From NCBI GenBank assembly GCA_951406725.2, contig OX597828.1:20708001-20772000 (forward strand): DNA of 64,000 nt, given 5' to 3'. The DNA is from Octopus vulgaris (taxonomy: Eukaryota). Positions 1 through 13,849 of the stretch are shown here, in pieces. Each line of letters starts with the position of its first letter. The stretch's first letter is position 1. A program made the position numbers and the translations under genes. Below the pieces are notes generated by a model, which worked only from the letters and a program-made list of their open reading frames with translations, made no database searches and had not been told where the DNA came from.

Positions 1-109
1 TATATTTTTGAATGTATATCATATAGTCTTTGACTATCTTTTCTTTCTCACTGGACAGCTGGTAGCGGAGAATTTTTTCTAGAATTTTTTACTACCCTTA
101 TATTTATTA

Positions 110-169
<60 letters not shown>

Positions 170-183
170 TATATGCATATATA

Positions 184-347
184 CGACGGGCTTCTTTCTG
201 TTTCCGTCTACCAAATCCCCTCACAAGGCTTTGGTCGGCCCGAGGCTATAGTAGAAGATACTTGCCCAAGGTGCCACGCAGTGGGACTGAACCCGGAACC
301 ATGTGATTCGTAAGCAAGCTACTTACCACACAGCTACTCCTTCGCCT
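184..347 (-). mobile_element. tRNA-derived SINE family B
   Basis: Reverse complement of GGCG.AGGAGT.GCTGTGTGGTAAG...GGTTCAGTCCC...ACCTTGGGCAAGT...GGAAAC.GAAAGAAGCCCGTCG. Confidence 0.85.
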
Positions 348-1404
348 AATTATTGTGTAAATTCAACTGGACATTCAGAAAATTAGCAACACTAAGATTA
401 GTAACAACCATTATTCATTAGATTTAATCATTTAAATGTATCCATAACACTTTTCTAAGTGTATCTAATTCTTATTTATCCTTTATATTAAGAGAGATTA
501 TTAAACCATCTTCTGGTAGAAACCAAGCTAAAATGCAGAGGATATTTAGTTTTGAAAGCTTAGAATAGAAATCTTATAATTTAAGATAATTCTGCTCCAT
601 CACAGAGACACTCATCGGCGTTCTTTTCAATCCAAAATTATTTGTCAATAAATAGATTTCCGCCTGCATATAATAATCATATCAGATTCTCTGATTAAAA
701 CAAAATTACAAACAAAAGACAAAGAATTTTAAAGCGTTTATTCATTATAGAGGGACGAAATTCTATTATATCAGGTTTTCGAAATTTTCAATGATATTTA
801 TTATTAATAGCATAGAACCACATCATGGCGGAAACACTATCATTCGATAATGGATGAGAATTTAGTTGTAAATCTTATGAATAATAGAATTTAGAGCGTT
901 GTTGCTGACTATACTTCTTCATTCATTTTACCTTACATTTTTGACTACATAAAAATAATTGGTCTTATCTTTTAATTCAACCTAAATATTTTATTCTCTT
1001 ATCCATTTCAAAATTAGTAGCTATTCTTTGACTTCTAGATTTAAAGAATTGTGTTGTTTGTCAGCAGATTCTTTGAGAAGTTTGTTTTATTCTTTATTTA
1101 TTTACTTATTTGTAAAAGTTTGCGATATTACCGTACAATAATCCTTACAATGTGTGCCATTCGTTGTAAATACAATTTTCGTGTTGTCCGATGAATTGAA
1201 TTCTTTAGTGTTTTGCAACATTTTTCGAAACTCTTAAAGAATTTCTAAAGTTATTTTAAATATTTTAAAACTTATTTCTTAAGCAAACTTTTTTTTTTAA
1301 TATCAGATCTGTTTCGCATTGTTTTCTGATACTAATTTCCTCTTTCTGAATCTAAAACGAAGAGGCATTGCTGTTGGTTTTGTTAAAAAAAAAAGTCTTC
1401 CAAA

Positions 1405-2190
1405 GGCGGCGAGCTGGCAGAAACGTTAGCACGCCGGGCGAAATGCTCAGCGGTATTTCGTCTGCCGTTACGTTCCGAGTTCAAATTCCACCGAGGTCGA
1501 CTTTGCCTTTCATCCTTTCGGGGTCGATTAAATAAGTACCAGTTACGCACTGGGGTCGATGTAATCGACTTAATCCGTTTGTCTGTCCTTGTTTGTCCCC
1601 TCTGTGTTTAGCCCCTTGTGGGTAGTAAAGAAATAGGCATTTCGTCTGCCGTTACGTTCTGAGTTCAAATTCCGCCGTGGTTGATTTTGCCTTTCATCCT
1701 TTCGGGGTCGATTAAATAAGTACCAGTTACGCATTGGGGTCGATATAATCGACTTAATCCGTTTGTCTGTCCTTGTTTGTCCTCTCTGTGTTTAGCCCCA
1801 TGTGGGTAGTAAAGAAATAGGTATTTCGTCTGCCGTTACGTTCTGAGTTCAAATTCCGCCGTGGTCGATTTTGCCTTTCATCCTTTCGGGGTCGATAAAT
1901 TAAGTACCAGTTACGCAATGGAGTCGATGTAATCGACTTAATCCGTTTGTCTGTCCTTGTTTGTCCCCTCTATGTTTAACCCCTTGTGGGCAATAAAGAA
2001 ATAAGAAACGTTAGCACGCTGAGTGAAATGCTTAACAATATTTCGTCTGTCTTTACATTCTGAGCTCAAATTCCGCCGAAGTCGACTTTGCCTTTCATCC
2101 TTTCGGGGTCGACAAATTAAGTACCAGTTGCGAACTGGGGTCAATCTAATCGACTCCCCCTCTCCCAAAATTTAGAGCGTTGTGCCTACA
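1405..2190 (+). mobile_element. tRNA-derived SINE (Meta-domain-like, family A) with tandemly amplified body
   Basis: Head GGCGGCGAGCTGGCAGAA, B box GAGTTCAAATTCC, and GCCTTTCATCCTTTCGGGGTCGAT..AAGTACCAG occurring four times at about 183-220 nt spacing. Confidence 0.85.
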
Positions 2191-2580
2191 ATAGAGGCAA
2201 AAATAAGTAATATCTTCCACTTCATTCATTTTAAGAAATTTTGAGATTTTTCGATGAAGCAGTTTCACATATTTTTGCGAAGGAGTAAGAATGCATTTAA
2301 CAGGGAAAATGTAGCAGTGTTTTTTTTTTCATGTTCACTTTGTACAATGCTTAACAATTTCAGAAGGATTAATAAATGAATGCAAATTGCTGACTCCAGC
2401 TGTTAGTTTCATCTGTTTAGTGTGTTCATCAATTATATTTTATTCTTATTCCTCAGAAAACAAAGCTCAACAAACTATTGGAATAAATGGATACACTTTT
2501 GAATCTCCATCTAGACTTTTCGCGATACCCTTAAAGCCAAGAACTTTTCAGCACCACCTCGTGTATGTGTGTGTGTGTGT

Positions 2581-2770
2581 AGGCGCGGGAGTGGCTATAT
2601 GGTAAGTAGCTTGCTTACTAACGATATAGTTCCGGGTTCAGTCCCACTGAATCTCGGGTAAGTGTCTGCTTCTATAGCCTCGGTCGCCCAAAGCCTTGTG
2701 AGTGGATTTGATAGACGGAAACTGAAAGAAGCCCGATAGAATAAGTACTAGGGTTACAAAGAATAAGTTC
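2581..2770 (+). mobile_element. SINE family B
   Basis: Same consensus with an internal deletion. Confidence 0.8.
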
Positions 2771-3163
2771 TATCTCGGAATTTTGTCAGTGAACAGGTCG
2801 CGGTCTGAAAGTGACGAAAATATTTTGGCAAATTAAATTTAAATGTTGAAGTGAATCTAATGGTTTTGTGTGTTTCTTAAATGGCTTATAAACACCTTCC
2901 ACGCTGCAATTGTTTTCGTTCCAGCACACGATCTCAGATCAGGTCACTTGCTCCTTAACATATATATATATATATATAAGTAGTTGAATGAATTATCCTA
3001 GTATGGATAATTCGGTTAACCGATACCCGGGTAGCAAATTCACGTCAGAAAACACGGTTGAAGCTACATGCCAAGGGCAGAGATCACGTGCTTTCGTGTG
3101 GAAATTTGTGTTTTTTTTACTATAAATAAATGAAAGAATGGAGTCGAACGACGATTTAACAAA

Positions 3164-3264
3164 ATTCCTTTATTCTCGACATATGTTTCGAAGACTGCAT
3201 ATTCCTAATTCCGAAGGAATAAAGGGTGCATTATGCCGCCTTCTCATCAGGAAAGACAAGGAAC
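3164..3264 (-). ncRNA. Type I hammerhead ribozyme, inverted identical copy
   Basis: Reverse complement of 3361-3461 in the left arm of the inverted repeat (tcatcag at 3244-3250; cleavage at 3178). Confidence 0.85.
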
Positions 3265-3360
3265 TTATGTCAGCATCATGACGAACAAAAACTTATTATC
3301 ACTATGGACTCCGTGTGGGCAGTCATCTAAAAGTTTTTGTTCGTCATGATGCTGACATAA

Positions 3361-3461
3361 GTTCCTTGTCTTTCCTGATGAGAAGGCGGCATAATGCACC
3401 CTTTATTCCTTCGGAATTAGGAATATGCAGTCTTCGAAACATATGTCGAGAATAAAGGAAT
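3361..3461 (+). ncRNA. Type I hammerhead ribozyme (Penelope-like-element type)
   Basis: CUGAUGA 3375-3381; stem II GAAGGCGGCAUA/UAUGCAGUCUUC with G10.1-C11.1; GAAA 3436-3439; palindromic stem III ACAUAUGU; GUC cleavage after 3447; stem I UUUC/GAGA plus UUCCUU/AAGGAA. Confidence 0.85.
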
Positions 3462-3496
3462 TTTGTTAAATCGTCGTTCGACTCCATTCTTTCATT

Positions 3497-3548
<52 letters not shown>

Positions 3549-3558
3549 TGAATGTATG

Positions 3559-3606
<48 letters not shown>

Positions 3607-4103
3607 TGAATGTATGTACAAATGACAAAGAGACAATGAATGAAGGACAAGAATAAACTCATTTCATTTTTTTAAATTTTATTTTATTTTTCCTCGGAGC
3701 TGAATAAATTTCCCAGAAATGTTTCAATTTATTCAATTATCAATTTAAGAAGATAAAAAGATAAGATAAGATTAAAAAATGCTTTTTTTATTTATTTTTT
3801 GTTTGTTTTTAGGGTTTGGTTTTTATAATGTAAATTTGTTAAGAAAAAAAAAACAAGAAAAGGACAACAGCAACAGCAACAACAACAACAGCAACAGCTC
3901 ACTAATAATATTTAAAAAAATAAATAATAATAATAATAATAATAATAATAGGAATGATTATTATAACAATAACAACAACAACAATAACAAAAAGCATGTT
4001 ATTGAAGAATTTTCATTGTTTTTTGTGGGTTTTTTTGGTAAATAAGAATCACAGAAACATAGAAATAGTTTATAAATTGCGCCCTTGTGGCAAATAAAAA
4101 AAT

Positions 4104-4155
<52 letters not shown>

Positions 4156-4190
4156 CTTCATCATCATCATTGTTGTTGTTATTATTATCA

Positions 4191-4245
<55 letters not shown>

Positions 4246-5602
4246 TATTATTATTATATAATTGCTATTGTTGTTCTTTTTCATTATTACGATCATTAGA
4301 GCTATCAGTTTTACAGAGATTATTATTAATATCATTATTACTATTATTATTATTATTATTATCATTATTATTATCATCATCATCTTCATCATCATCACCA
4401 TCGCCATCATCGAATCAGCATCAGCGTCACTGCTTATTTCTCTCCGTACTAACGTCTTCACCATCATCATCATCATCATCGTTATTACCGTCGCCATCGT
4501 CGTCGTTGTCGTCCTCATCATCATCATCCTCTTCGCCATCATTGTCATCATCACCAGTTGCTCTTAAATATTTTGAGTGTGTGCGTGTGTGTGTGTATGT
4601 GTATATGTGCGTGTGTGTGTGTGCATGTGCATGCGTGTGTGTGTATATGTGTGTTTATATGTGTGCATGTGTGTGCGTACTTGCGTGTGTATACAAGGAG
4701 AAATGGGAGGTGGGGGAGGAGGAGGTAGAATAAAACTAGAAGAAAATAGGAGTTAGGTCGGAGGAGAATTTCTGTGGAAGAAGTTTTCATCATAATCATC
4801 GAGGAGAAGAGGAGGGAGGGGAGGAAGAGGAAAAGAAGGAAGTGGAGGAGGAGGAAGAGGAGATGGAAGGGGGAGGAGGAGAGCATAGCCCTGTTGCACG
4901 TGATAACCTTCGAAGACTGAGTCTTGTGTGCTTTGCTAGTGCGACATTCCTTAAGGAATAGGTGTTGGTGGTCAATACCAAAGGGAAAGAAATTAAACCA
5001 TCAGTGAGATAGGTGTAAAAGGAAGCAGTGAGAAACAGTGACTAAATTTTTCACTGATAATGCGGAAAGCTTGCCGGGCTGTAATAAATTCGGTGTACGC
5101 AACTGAAACAGCATTAAATGTTAGATAGCCATTTGTGTATCATACTTAACAAAATAACTGAACCAGGTCTCGAAACCGAACCCAAATCACAGCTCTCCGT
5201 TGGATCTTGCGACCAATATCATGAGTTGTTATTCTTGTTGTTTAGTCCCAAGTAAACTCTGATCAAAGTTGACTTCTTTCACAAAGTATTACCATGTGTG
5301 ACCATCCCATAGTAAATTTGTAGTAAATTTGGTTGCTATCTCTAGCAGACTTGGGAACCATGTAGTAGCTTTGTTGTTTAACTCCTGTGATAATGAGTTG
5401 TGACACTGTTGTTGTTCTTGATGGTCAAGTAGTTTGTATAAATGTTATGGTAGTAGTTATAATAATGATGGTGGCTGTTGTTACGGTAGTTGCTCTTAGT
5501 GTTGCTTTTGTTGCAGTTGTTGTTGTTACTAGTGTTGTTGTGGTGTTTGACAGTTTGACGGACCAATCTAATATACACGGAATGCCTCTCATACCCTAAA
5601 CA

Positions 5603-6615
5603 CAGTCAAACCTCGTTTATCCGGACGTCACTTATGCTGATTTCGAATTACCTGAAATTTCGGATAATCCGGACAAATTCTCAAGGTCACGCGAATCAGT
5701 GTCATAACTAGAGTGTATGCCATCAGGGACAACCCTTGAGTTTTCCACCCCTGCCCCATACTGACTTATACAGCTGATTCCAAGGTACTTCCTAGCATAA
5801 AATCGTTGCCTGGGGCTGACCGTCTTCCCTACGCACCTGGCAACGCTATTGATCACTCTACGCATTTGTAACAACCTAAACCACAATATTACTAATACCA
5901 GTGGCATGACGTGGGTGGGGCCATAGGGACGGGTAGCCCCGGGTAGAAAATTTCAAAAGAAAAATAGAGTAATATTTAAAAAGGAGCAGTGCGCTCTGTC
6001 CCGCAGTACTTGATGCGTTGCGGGTGCTGGCAACCAAAGCAATGGTACTGGCACGTGCTGGCATTTCTCTTGTCCAAATTGATTACAATTTAATTCTGAT
6101 AACTAACAAACATGTAAAAACGTTGTTGCATCAAAGAATTTTTACCGATATTAATGGAACATCCACAGCTTATGTTTATATTTACCAAAAATTCCATGTC
6201 GTAGATCCATTTTGTTCAGTTTCAGTCTGTCATTTTAAACAATTTGAAAGTAATTTTAACTCGGAAAAATGACCACAAACTATGATTCGTTTTAAAAAAA
6301 AAACATTGGTAAATATCAGTTATGTCTAATTTTAATCTACGACTTTGTATCAGTAACGAGTAAATAAGGTTTGTTGTGATACCACCTCGAACACTATGGA
6401 TTTATCGAACAGGAAACGGTGAGATTTTACAGAACGTGGATCGTTGTAAAAAGTCATTCAAAGTTTCACTAAAATGTACATTTTATCGATTAAATGACAA
6501 AAGAAAAAAGAAACACTGTAGAAATGTTTAGTATGGCTTCCTTTGTTTACGACTTTATCAATGATCCAATCAAAAATACTCCGCCCGTTTCGTTCAGATA
6601 ATCATGGTCTAATTG
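5603..6615. mobile_element. Old Tc1/mariner-type non-autonomous element
   Basis: Left end CAGTCAAACCTCGTTTATCCGGAC; degenerate inverted match gttcagataatcatggtctaattg near 6592-6615 (about two-thirds identity by eye). Confidence 0.4.
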
Positions 6616-7639
6616 CATATGAATGAACTCATTCATAACTGCGAATTCGGACCTTAGCTCTTGTTTCGTAACAGGAAACGGAGTTGGCTATTACGCCAAT
6701 GTACAATTAAGTGCACCCTTCTTTCTTATGGCTTGAAAGAAAACCTGTTCATAATTATTCGTCTTTACCTTAAATAACAGTCTAATTCCCTTTGAATCAC
6801 ATCCTGCCGTGTAAAAAAAAAAAGGGAGGCAAGCGTATCCAAAATGGTATAATCCTAGATACGATATAACTTAAAACAAAGATGGAACGGTCACAGCTTG
6901 AACGATTTTGATCATAACGAGGGACAACCTGGCGTTAAACAACAACAGCTTTTATTACTAGTAACTCCAAGAGAAAATTCTCCTACACAACTACCAGAAG
7001 CAGTTAGAACGAAGACATGATCGTATTTTTCAGACCGGATTCCTGAAAATTAAGCGAATAGAATAAACTTTCTCCAAGAAACAGCAGTCTGTATTGGGTA
7101 GTATTCCTTACAATTTCTGTAACCTGCGGGACCAGCAATCAATGTCACCTAGGCCGGTCCAACGAAGGTACCTATACACAGTGAATCTGACAGCTAGAAA
7201 TGCCAGTCAAATCTCTCTCAAATCACACTCTACTGTTATAAAATAAACATTGGATAGTTTTATAAAATTATATAAGTATTTGGTGTACAAATAATACAGG
7301 ATAGTCAGGCCTGGAGCGTCTCTGATCATAGATGTATATCAAAGCTTGACTGGGGAGAGAGAACATGCTCCTATACAGTGAGAAAAAGACGGGATGGTCA
7401 TGACTGGAGCGTCTTTGACCAAAGGACAGCTGAATCATACATGACGGGGGGTTAATACTTATCTTCAACAACTGGATGAAAACAATGTTGAATTAAATAT
7501 TACAAATCCCTCAACCAAGCACCACCATAAAAAAAACATTAATATCCATACAATAGACTTGAACCCGTCACGTACACTTTGGTAGTCTTCTAATAACTTA
7601 TCCACTCAGCTACTTCTCAAAGTTTAGTCGATAAGTTAT

Positions 7640-8400
7640 AGTGATCTAACATGTGTAGTGTTTTTAGTGCTTTTAGTTTTCATCAATTTAATCATTTATC
7701 AGTTATTTCGCTTTAGTGGCTTAGGTCTGTGATGGTCTTACTTCTGTAGATCTTGGTTTCCATAGTCTGTGATTTTAGTGGTCTAATTTATATTATGGTT
7801 CGGTGTTTTAGTGTTACAAAAACATTTACTGTTTGACTTTTAAAGGTTTCATATTTTAGTCGACCGACATTTTTCGTGTATTCAAATTTCATGGTCTAAC
7901 ATTATAGTGGTCCAGTATTTTAGTGGTCTAACATTTGAGTAACTTGGATTTGTAAGCGATTTATATGGTTTAAGATTTAGCTTGTGATGGTCTAAATACC
8001 AGGTTGCACACATTTATTCATTATAGTAGTCCAAAGTTTTAGTGGTCTAACATTTTACTGGCTTGAATTTGAAGGTCTAACACTTTGTACTTGTGTAATA
8101 TTTCTGCGGTCTATGTTTTAAGTTGTGGAAATCTAAATATTTACAGATCTTGCATTTCATTTACCAGAATTTTATGGTCATACCTTATATGGTCTAGTTT
8201 CTTAGTGGTCTAACACTTTAATTACTTGAATTTCAAGATCTAATACTTTGTATTTGTATAACACTTCTGCGGTCTTAGATTTAACTTGAGACAATCTAAA
8301 TAATGTCAGGTTTAACGTTTTATGGACTAGAATTTTATGGTCTAATATTTTATACTATTATTGTAGCGATTGGTCTAAAGAGTTAGAAGTCTAACATCTT
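7640..8400. repeat. Degenerate minisatellite rich in (tagt)ggtctaa motifs
   Basis: Many recurrences of tggtcta/ggtctaa, with a longer ~160-nt duplication (about 8030-8190 vs 8190-8350). Confidence 0.65.
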
Positions 8401-9217
8401 CAGAAAGCGAGTGTTATTGATCTCCTCAGTATTAGTACGACCTGTCTTACAGACAAAAATATCACAACTGCACGCTATAGAAATACAACCAATACTTAAG
8501 ACTGGTCGTAACAATATCTAAACATTGGAACAAGACCTCACAATTTCAGAGAGAGATGTAGTGTAGGGATAAGATAGGGGGTAACCAATGGTACTTAGTT
8601 GTACTCGATTGTACTTGACTGCAACTAGATTTCATCCGCTCAGTCGACTTCCGTGGCATTTGAAGTTAGAACGTAAATGAAGCAAAACCAAACCAAACAA
8701 AACAAAACAAAACAAAGCAAAACAAAAAAGGGCTACAACGCCTTTTATCCGGCGCCCGAACGATTCTGCCCCTGAAAACCACAGTGATGACGACGACGAT
8801 GATGATGATGGGATGATGGTGGTCGTTCTGGCGCTGGTAGCTGTGATATTGGTGGTGGTGGTGGTGGTGGTGATGCTGATGATGATGGTAGTAGTGATGG
8901 AGATGATGATGATGATGATGATGATAATCATGATGACAATGACGACGTTGAATAAACCCAATCAGTTATGCTCCAAACGAAATCCTTCTTTAACTTTCAC
9001 CAAGCTGGTCAGAAATGTGAGTTACTTGGCTGAAACCCAGCATGAGCTGTTTGTAGGGCGCAGAGGTGCCGATGATCGTCATAGTTTTGACGATGGCTAA
9101 GGGCCGTCTCACCACTATGATTCGACATACTACCGTATGCCTTTTTTTTCCTTTTTGTGTCTACGTGTGATATGAGAGACAGGGAGAGGCAGTGAGAGAG
9201 GAGTAAAAGATATATAC

Positions 9218-9310
<93 letters not shown>

Positions 9311-9318
9311 GATATATA

Positions 9319-9371
<53 letters not shown>

Positions 9372-11014
9372 GGGGCTACAACAAAGAACAGGGCAAGCGA
9401 CGATACAGGCCCTTCTCCCTCTTCTCTACATTTTAGTTTTAAACAGTGATGATGTTGACGATGACGCTAGTGATGATGATGATAATGATGATGACGACGA
9501 CGACGACGACGATGTTGTTGCTACACTGCGCTTCCTCCTGCGTCGAGAACTAAGATCGAACACGTGCCAGCCGTGACCACCATTCCGAGGTGTAACGCCT
9601 TCCAGACATGCCTCGTTAATGTGTGTGTGTGTGTGTGTGTGTGTGATTTGAGGAAGATTTTGCTACTATTTTTAACAAGTCGGTAATGATAGTAGTGGAG
9701 AGTATAGTATTAGTGCTACTATTGTCGTCGTTGGTGGTATTGGTCGTAGTAATGGTGGTGGTGGTGGCGGCGGCGGTTGTTTATGACATTGATGTTGCTG
9801 GTGTTAGTGGTTTTGGTTATTGTTGATGGTAGTGGCGGTAGTGTTGAAATTTTCCACGTTGTTTATGGTGGAGTTGATGTCGAAGCTATTGTTGTTGTTG
9901 CTGTAGAGGTTGCTATTACTGCTGCCGTCGTTGAGAAGCCACGAATCCAAATGACTCTGCCTGGGCAAACGATCTTTGCACTAACAGAATGACTTCTGCT
10001 CAGTTTCCAGCTAACACCATCCATTAAATCTTCTTTGAAATCATGTGTCAATTCAGAAAGAATCATAATGGCCTTCAAATTTTGAGAGTTCAAATCATGT
10101 ATTCCTAATCATTCAAAAGACAGCATAACAGTTTGTTCAGAGTACATTTAACTGCTATTTTTAGCATATCAAGCAAACATATTACAGTTTCCTTGTCAGC
10201 ACATATAACCTCTTAAACCGAAACACTTTAAGGAAGATTGTCGAGGGAGATATGGCTGCTTTGTTAAGTTCGTTTATCACCCATATAGATACACTTTCTC
10301 ACTCATTTGAATGGTAACCTAATCTTGAACTCTTTTAATATAATTGCTGGGGAAAGATTCTATCGAACAGATCAAAGACCCACATAAACGTTCCCTCATT
10401 ACTGTACATTCCCCTTAATTTCAAAGACAATAAGGAAGTTTCTTCAAAGGAAATCCAGCTGCTATATCATACAGGTCTGATCTAAATATTACATCTCTAC
10501 CGCAGCCTAGTCTCGTTTCTACTGCAAACACATGGTAGTGATGGCGGTGGGGGGGTGACTGCGGTGATAGTGATGGTGATGGCGGTGATAGTCGTGGATG
10601 TGATAGAGGTGGTGGTGATGGTGGTGGTGGTGGTGGTGGTGGTAAGGAGGATTGTGATGGTGGTTTTAGTGGCGGTGGTATTGGTGATGGAGGCCGTGGT
10701 GGATCGACAGTTACTGACGCTGATCTAAGATGAAAGACATTCTAACCAAGACCTTCCCTCCTTTTTTCTTTAGGATCTGCCAATATGTCCCTTTACTTAA
10801 GACGATATGGTATTATTTGAGGTAATTTGGTTACTATTTCTAACAGCCAAGACCACAGCACAGAGGCTCATTTGTTTACTCATGGACATAATGATAATGT
10901 TGGTGAATGGTAGTGACAGAAATGGTGGTAGTGCTGGTGATGGTGGTTAGTGGTAGTGGGGGGAGATGGTGATTGTTACTGACGTCGAGGTGGTGAGGGC
11001 ATTTGAGCATGACG

Positions 11015-11071
<57 letters not shown>

Positions 11072-11129
11072 TTACTCATAGCTAAAAGCCCAACATACTA
11101 CTATTGCGATTACTAAGCTACTAATACTA

Positions 11130-11703
<574 letters not shown>

Positions 11704-12181
11704 AATTCATTATAACGTCATTGTTTTTATATATATATTTTATATTTTTGATTTTGTTATTTCATTTAGTGGCGTTTATTTTAGCTGCCAGTGCGAAATA
11801 TATTCTCTTTTTCTTTATTGAAATTATTTGCTTGTTCTGTTTTTTTCTTTTTATTCATCATTTTGCTGTTGCTTTATTATAGCTTTTTGGTTTAGTTGTT
11901 TTGTTTATTTGTTTGTTAGTTAGTTTTACTTAGTTTTTTTTGATTTTTTTTTTTTTTTTGTCTTTTTTCTTATAATTCATTCGAATGTTATTTCTGAAAT
12001 TTCACCAGATTATAACGGGCTGGAAAAGGTATTTCACAAGGGATGGTTGGGGTGGGGTGAAAAAAAACATCAATGAGGACTAAAAATGAAATGAAAATAA
12101 AAATAAAAAAGCAAAAGTAGTGAGAAAATGAACAGAAAATTGAATATCTATAATGTTCAACAACATTTTAACATATTCATA

Positions 12182-12227
<46 letters not shown>

Positions 12228-12278
12228 ACATGTATATGTATATATACAGATATATATATGTGTTAGTATATATATATA

Positions 12279-12342
<64 letters not shown>

Positions 12343-12412
12343 AACATAGTAACAATAAAAAACAGAACCCAGAATTCTGAAAGTATTTAGTTGGGTTAAC
12401 TAAAACCAACAC

Positions 12413-12600
12413 CAATGGCTACATGAAGTTTCCTCTTACATGAAAGAAAACATGGACTTCATCAGGCTGCCATGCAGGAATAACTTCAAGCACATGGTCG
12501 CCTGACAAACTACAAGTTTTGGGGGGTATTTTTCTTTTTTTTTATTTTGTTTGCTTGCTTGTAATTTTTTTTTTCATAAAGAAACTTCATGTAGCAATTG
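12413..12600 (-). mobile_element. Decayed fold-back element with hammerhead-like core
   Basis: Minus strand GC-CUGAUGA(12465-59)...GAAA CUUCAUG UA^ GC; 20-nt inverted match 12413-12432 / 12581-12600 with one mismatch. Confidence 0.45.
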
Positions 12601-12961
12601 ACTTTAGTTTCAACAGACCACATAATAATAATAATAATAATAATAATATATATATATATATAGTCGAGATATGGTTTGATGGAAACATGAAAAAGATTTA
12701 TGCATAATTGTGCAAACACACATCATCATCATCATCATCATTATCATCATCTTTATCATCATCATCATCTTCATCATTTCACAGTTACAAGTAACATTAG
12801 CAAATAGTAGCATCAGAAATTATCCTATAATATATCTTCTATATGCATGTATGTACGTATATGAATATACACACATACACACACACACAGACACATATAT
12901 TGACTATCGGAATATCTCTAGAAGAAATTTCAAGAATTCAACAATTCCTTTACTTTAAGTA

Positions 12962-13473
12962 CCGTAAATCCTCGAGTATAGTCCGCCCTTGAGTATAATA
13001 CGCAGGGGATTTTTAGGGGGTTGTACCTCTGAAAAACCTAAACCTTCTGTATAATATGCACCCCTTCTCTAACTTGAGTTAAGGAGGTCTATATAACATC
13101 CTTGGTTTGTAAAAATGTATACGGCAATGTCCTTTATTATTATTGTATACATAAAATAATACAAACGTATAGCTTTTTTGTGCATTTCGTTTGCAGAAAA
13201 TAAAGAAATAACAGTAATAACATTTAATAAATGTTGCTTACTGCAAGTTATGGATGATTCTTTTATGACTTCATTGCTTTCAGGCTTAGCTTAAGGTATT
13301 TTCGCACCCGACGTCACAAAATGCGTCTGAATAAACATTGCAGGGCAGCAAATAGAAACTCGGACATTGCTTAGAGAATATTTTTCATTTTTAACCTCGT
13401 ATATAGTACGCACTAGGGATTTCGACCTTTAAATTTTGAGAAAAAAATGCGGATTATATTCGAGGATTTACGG
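12962..13473. mobile_element. Tc1/mariner-pogo (Tigger-like) MITE
   Basis: TA|CCGTAAATCCTCGAGTATA ... TATATTCGAGGATTTACGG|CA terminal inverted repeats. Confidence 0.8.
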
Positions 13474-13849
13474 CAAATATCTCCTCTTTCAATTTTTCAT
13501 TTTTTTATTTTTGTTTTTCATTTTGTTTTAGTGCTTTTTGCTTGTGGCTGCACAACATTCAGTAGACTTCAACAGAATGTCTCTATAATTTGAGCATAAA
13601 ATTCAAAACACTTCAAAACTCCCTAGTCTTGAATACAACCTGAGTACACACACTGCTTCCTTTTTTTTCCAAAATATAAAAGTCTTCACACAAATCAAAA
13701 ATTTATTTTCGGCTGATATTGAAAAATTTTGATTTTTCTACATCTCTAAAAGGAAAGTGCCTTTTAAATTACTCTATTACCATCTTCTTTACTCCTATTT
13801 TTTTATATTTAATTTCTAATTAAAAAAGAATAATACTGATTGTAATTGA

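Larger units (their letters stand above)
2979..3499. mobile_element. Fold-back non-autonomous Penelope-like element in (TA)n
   Basis: 169-nt inverted arms 3126-3294 / 3331-3499 (no mismatch seen by eye), 36-nt spacer, a hammerhead in each arm, (TA)n on both flanks. Confidence 0.7.

Noticed and set aside
7555-7612. tRNA gene candidate (minus strand A/B boxes)
   Set aside because: No complete cloverleaf; most likely a decayed SINE head. No genuine tRNA or rRNA gene was seen in the window.
9863-10105. Protein-like ORF (IMILSELTHDFKEDLMDG)
   Set aside because: No recognisable family, no convincing donor site and no neighbouring exons.
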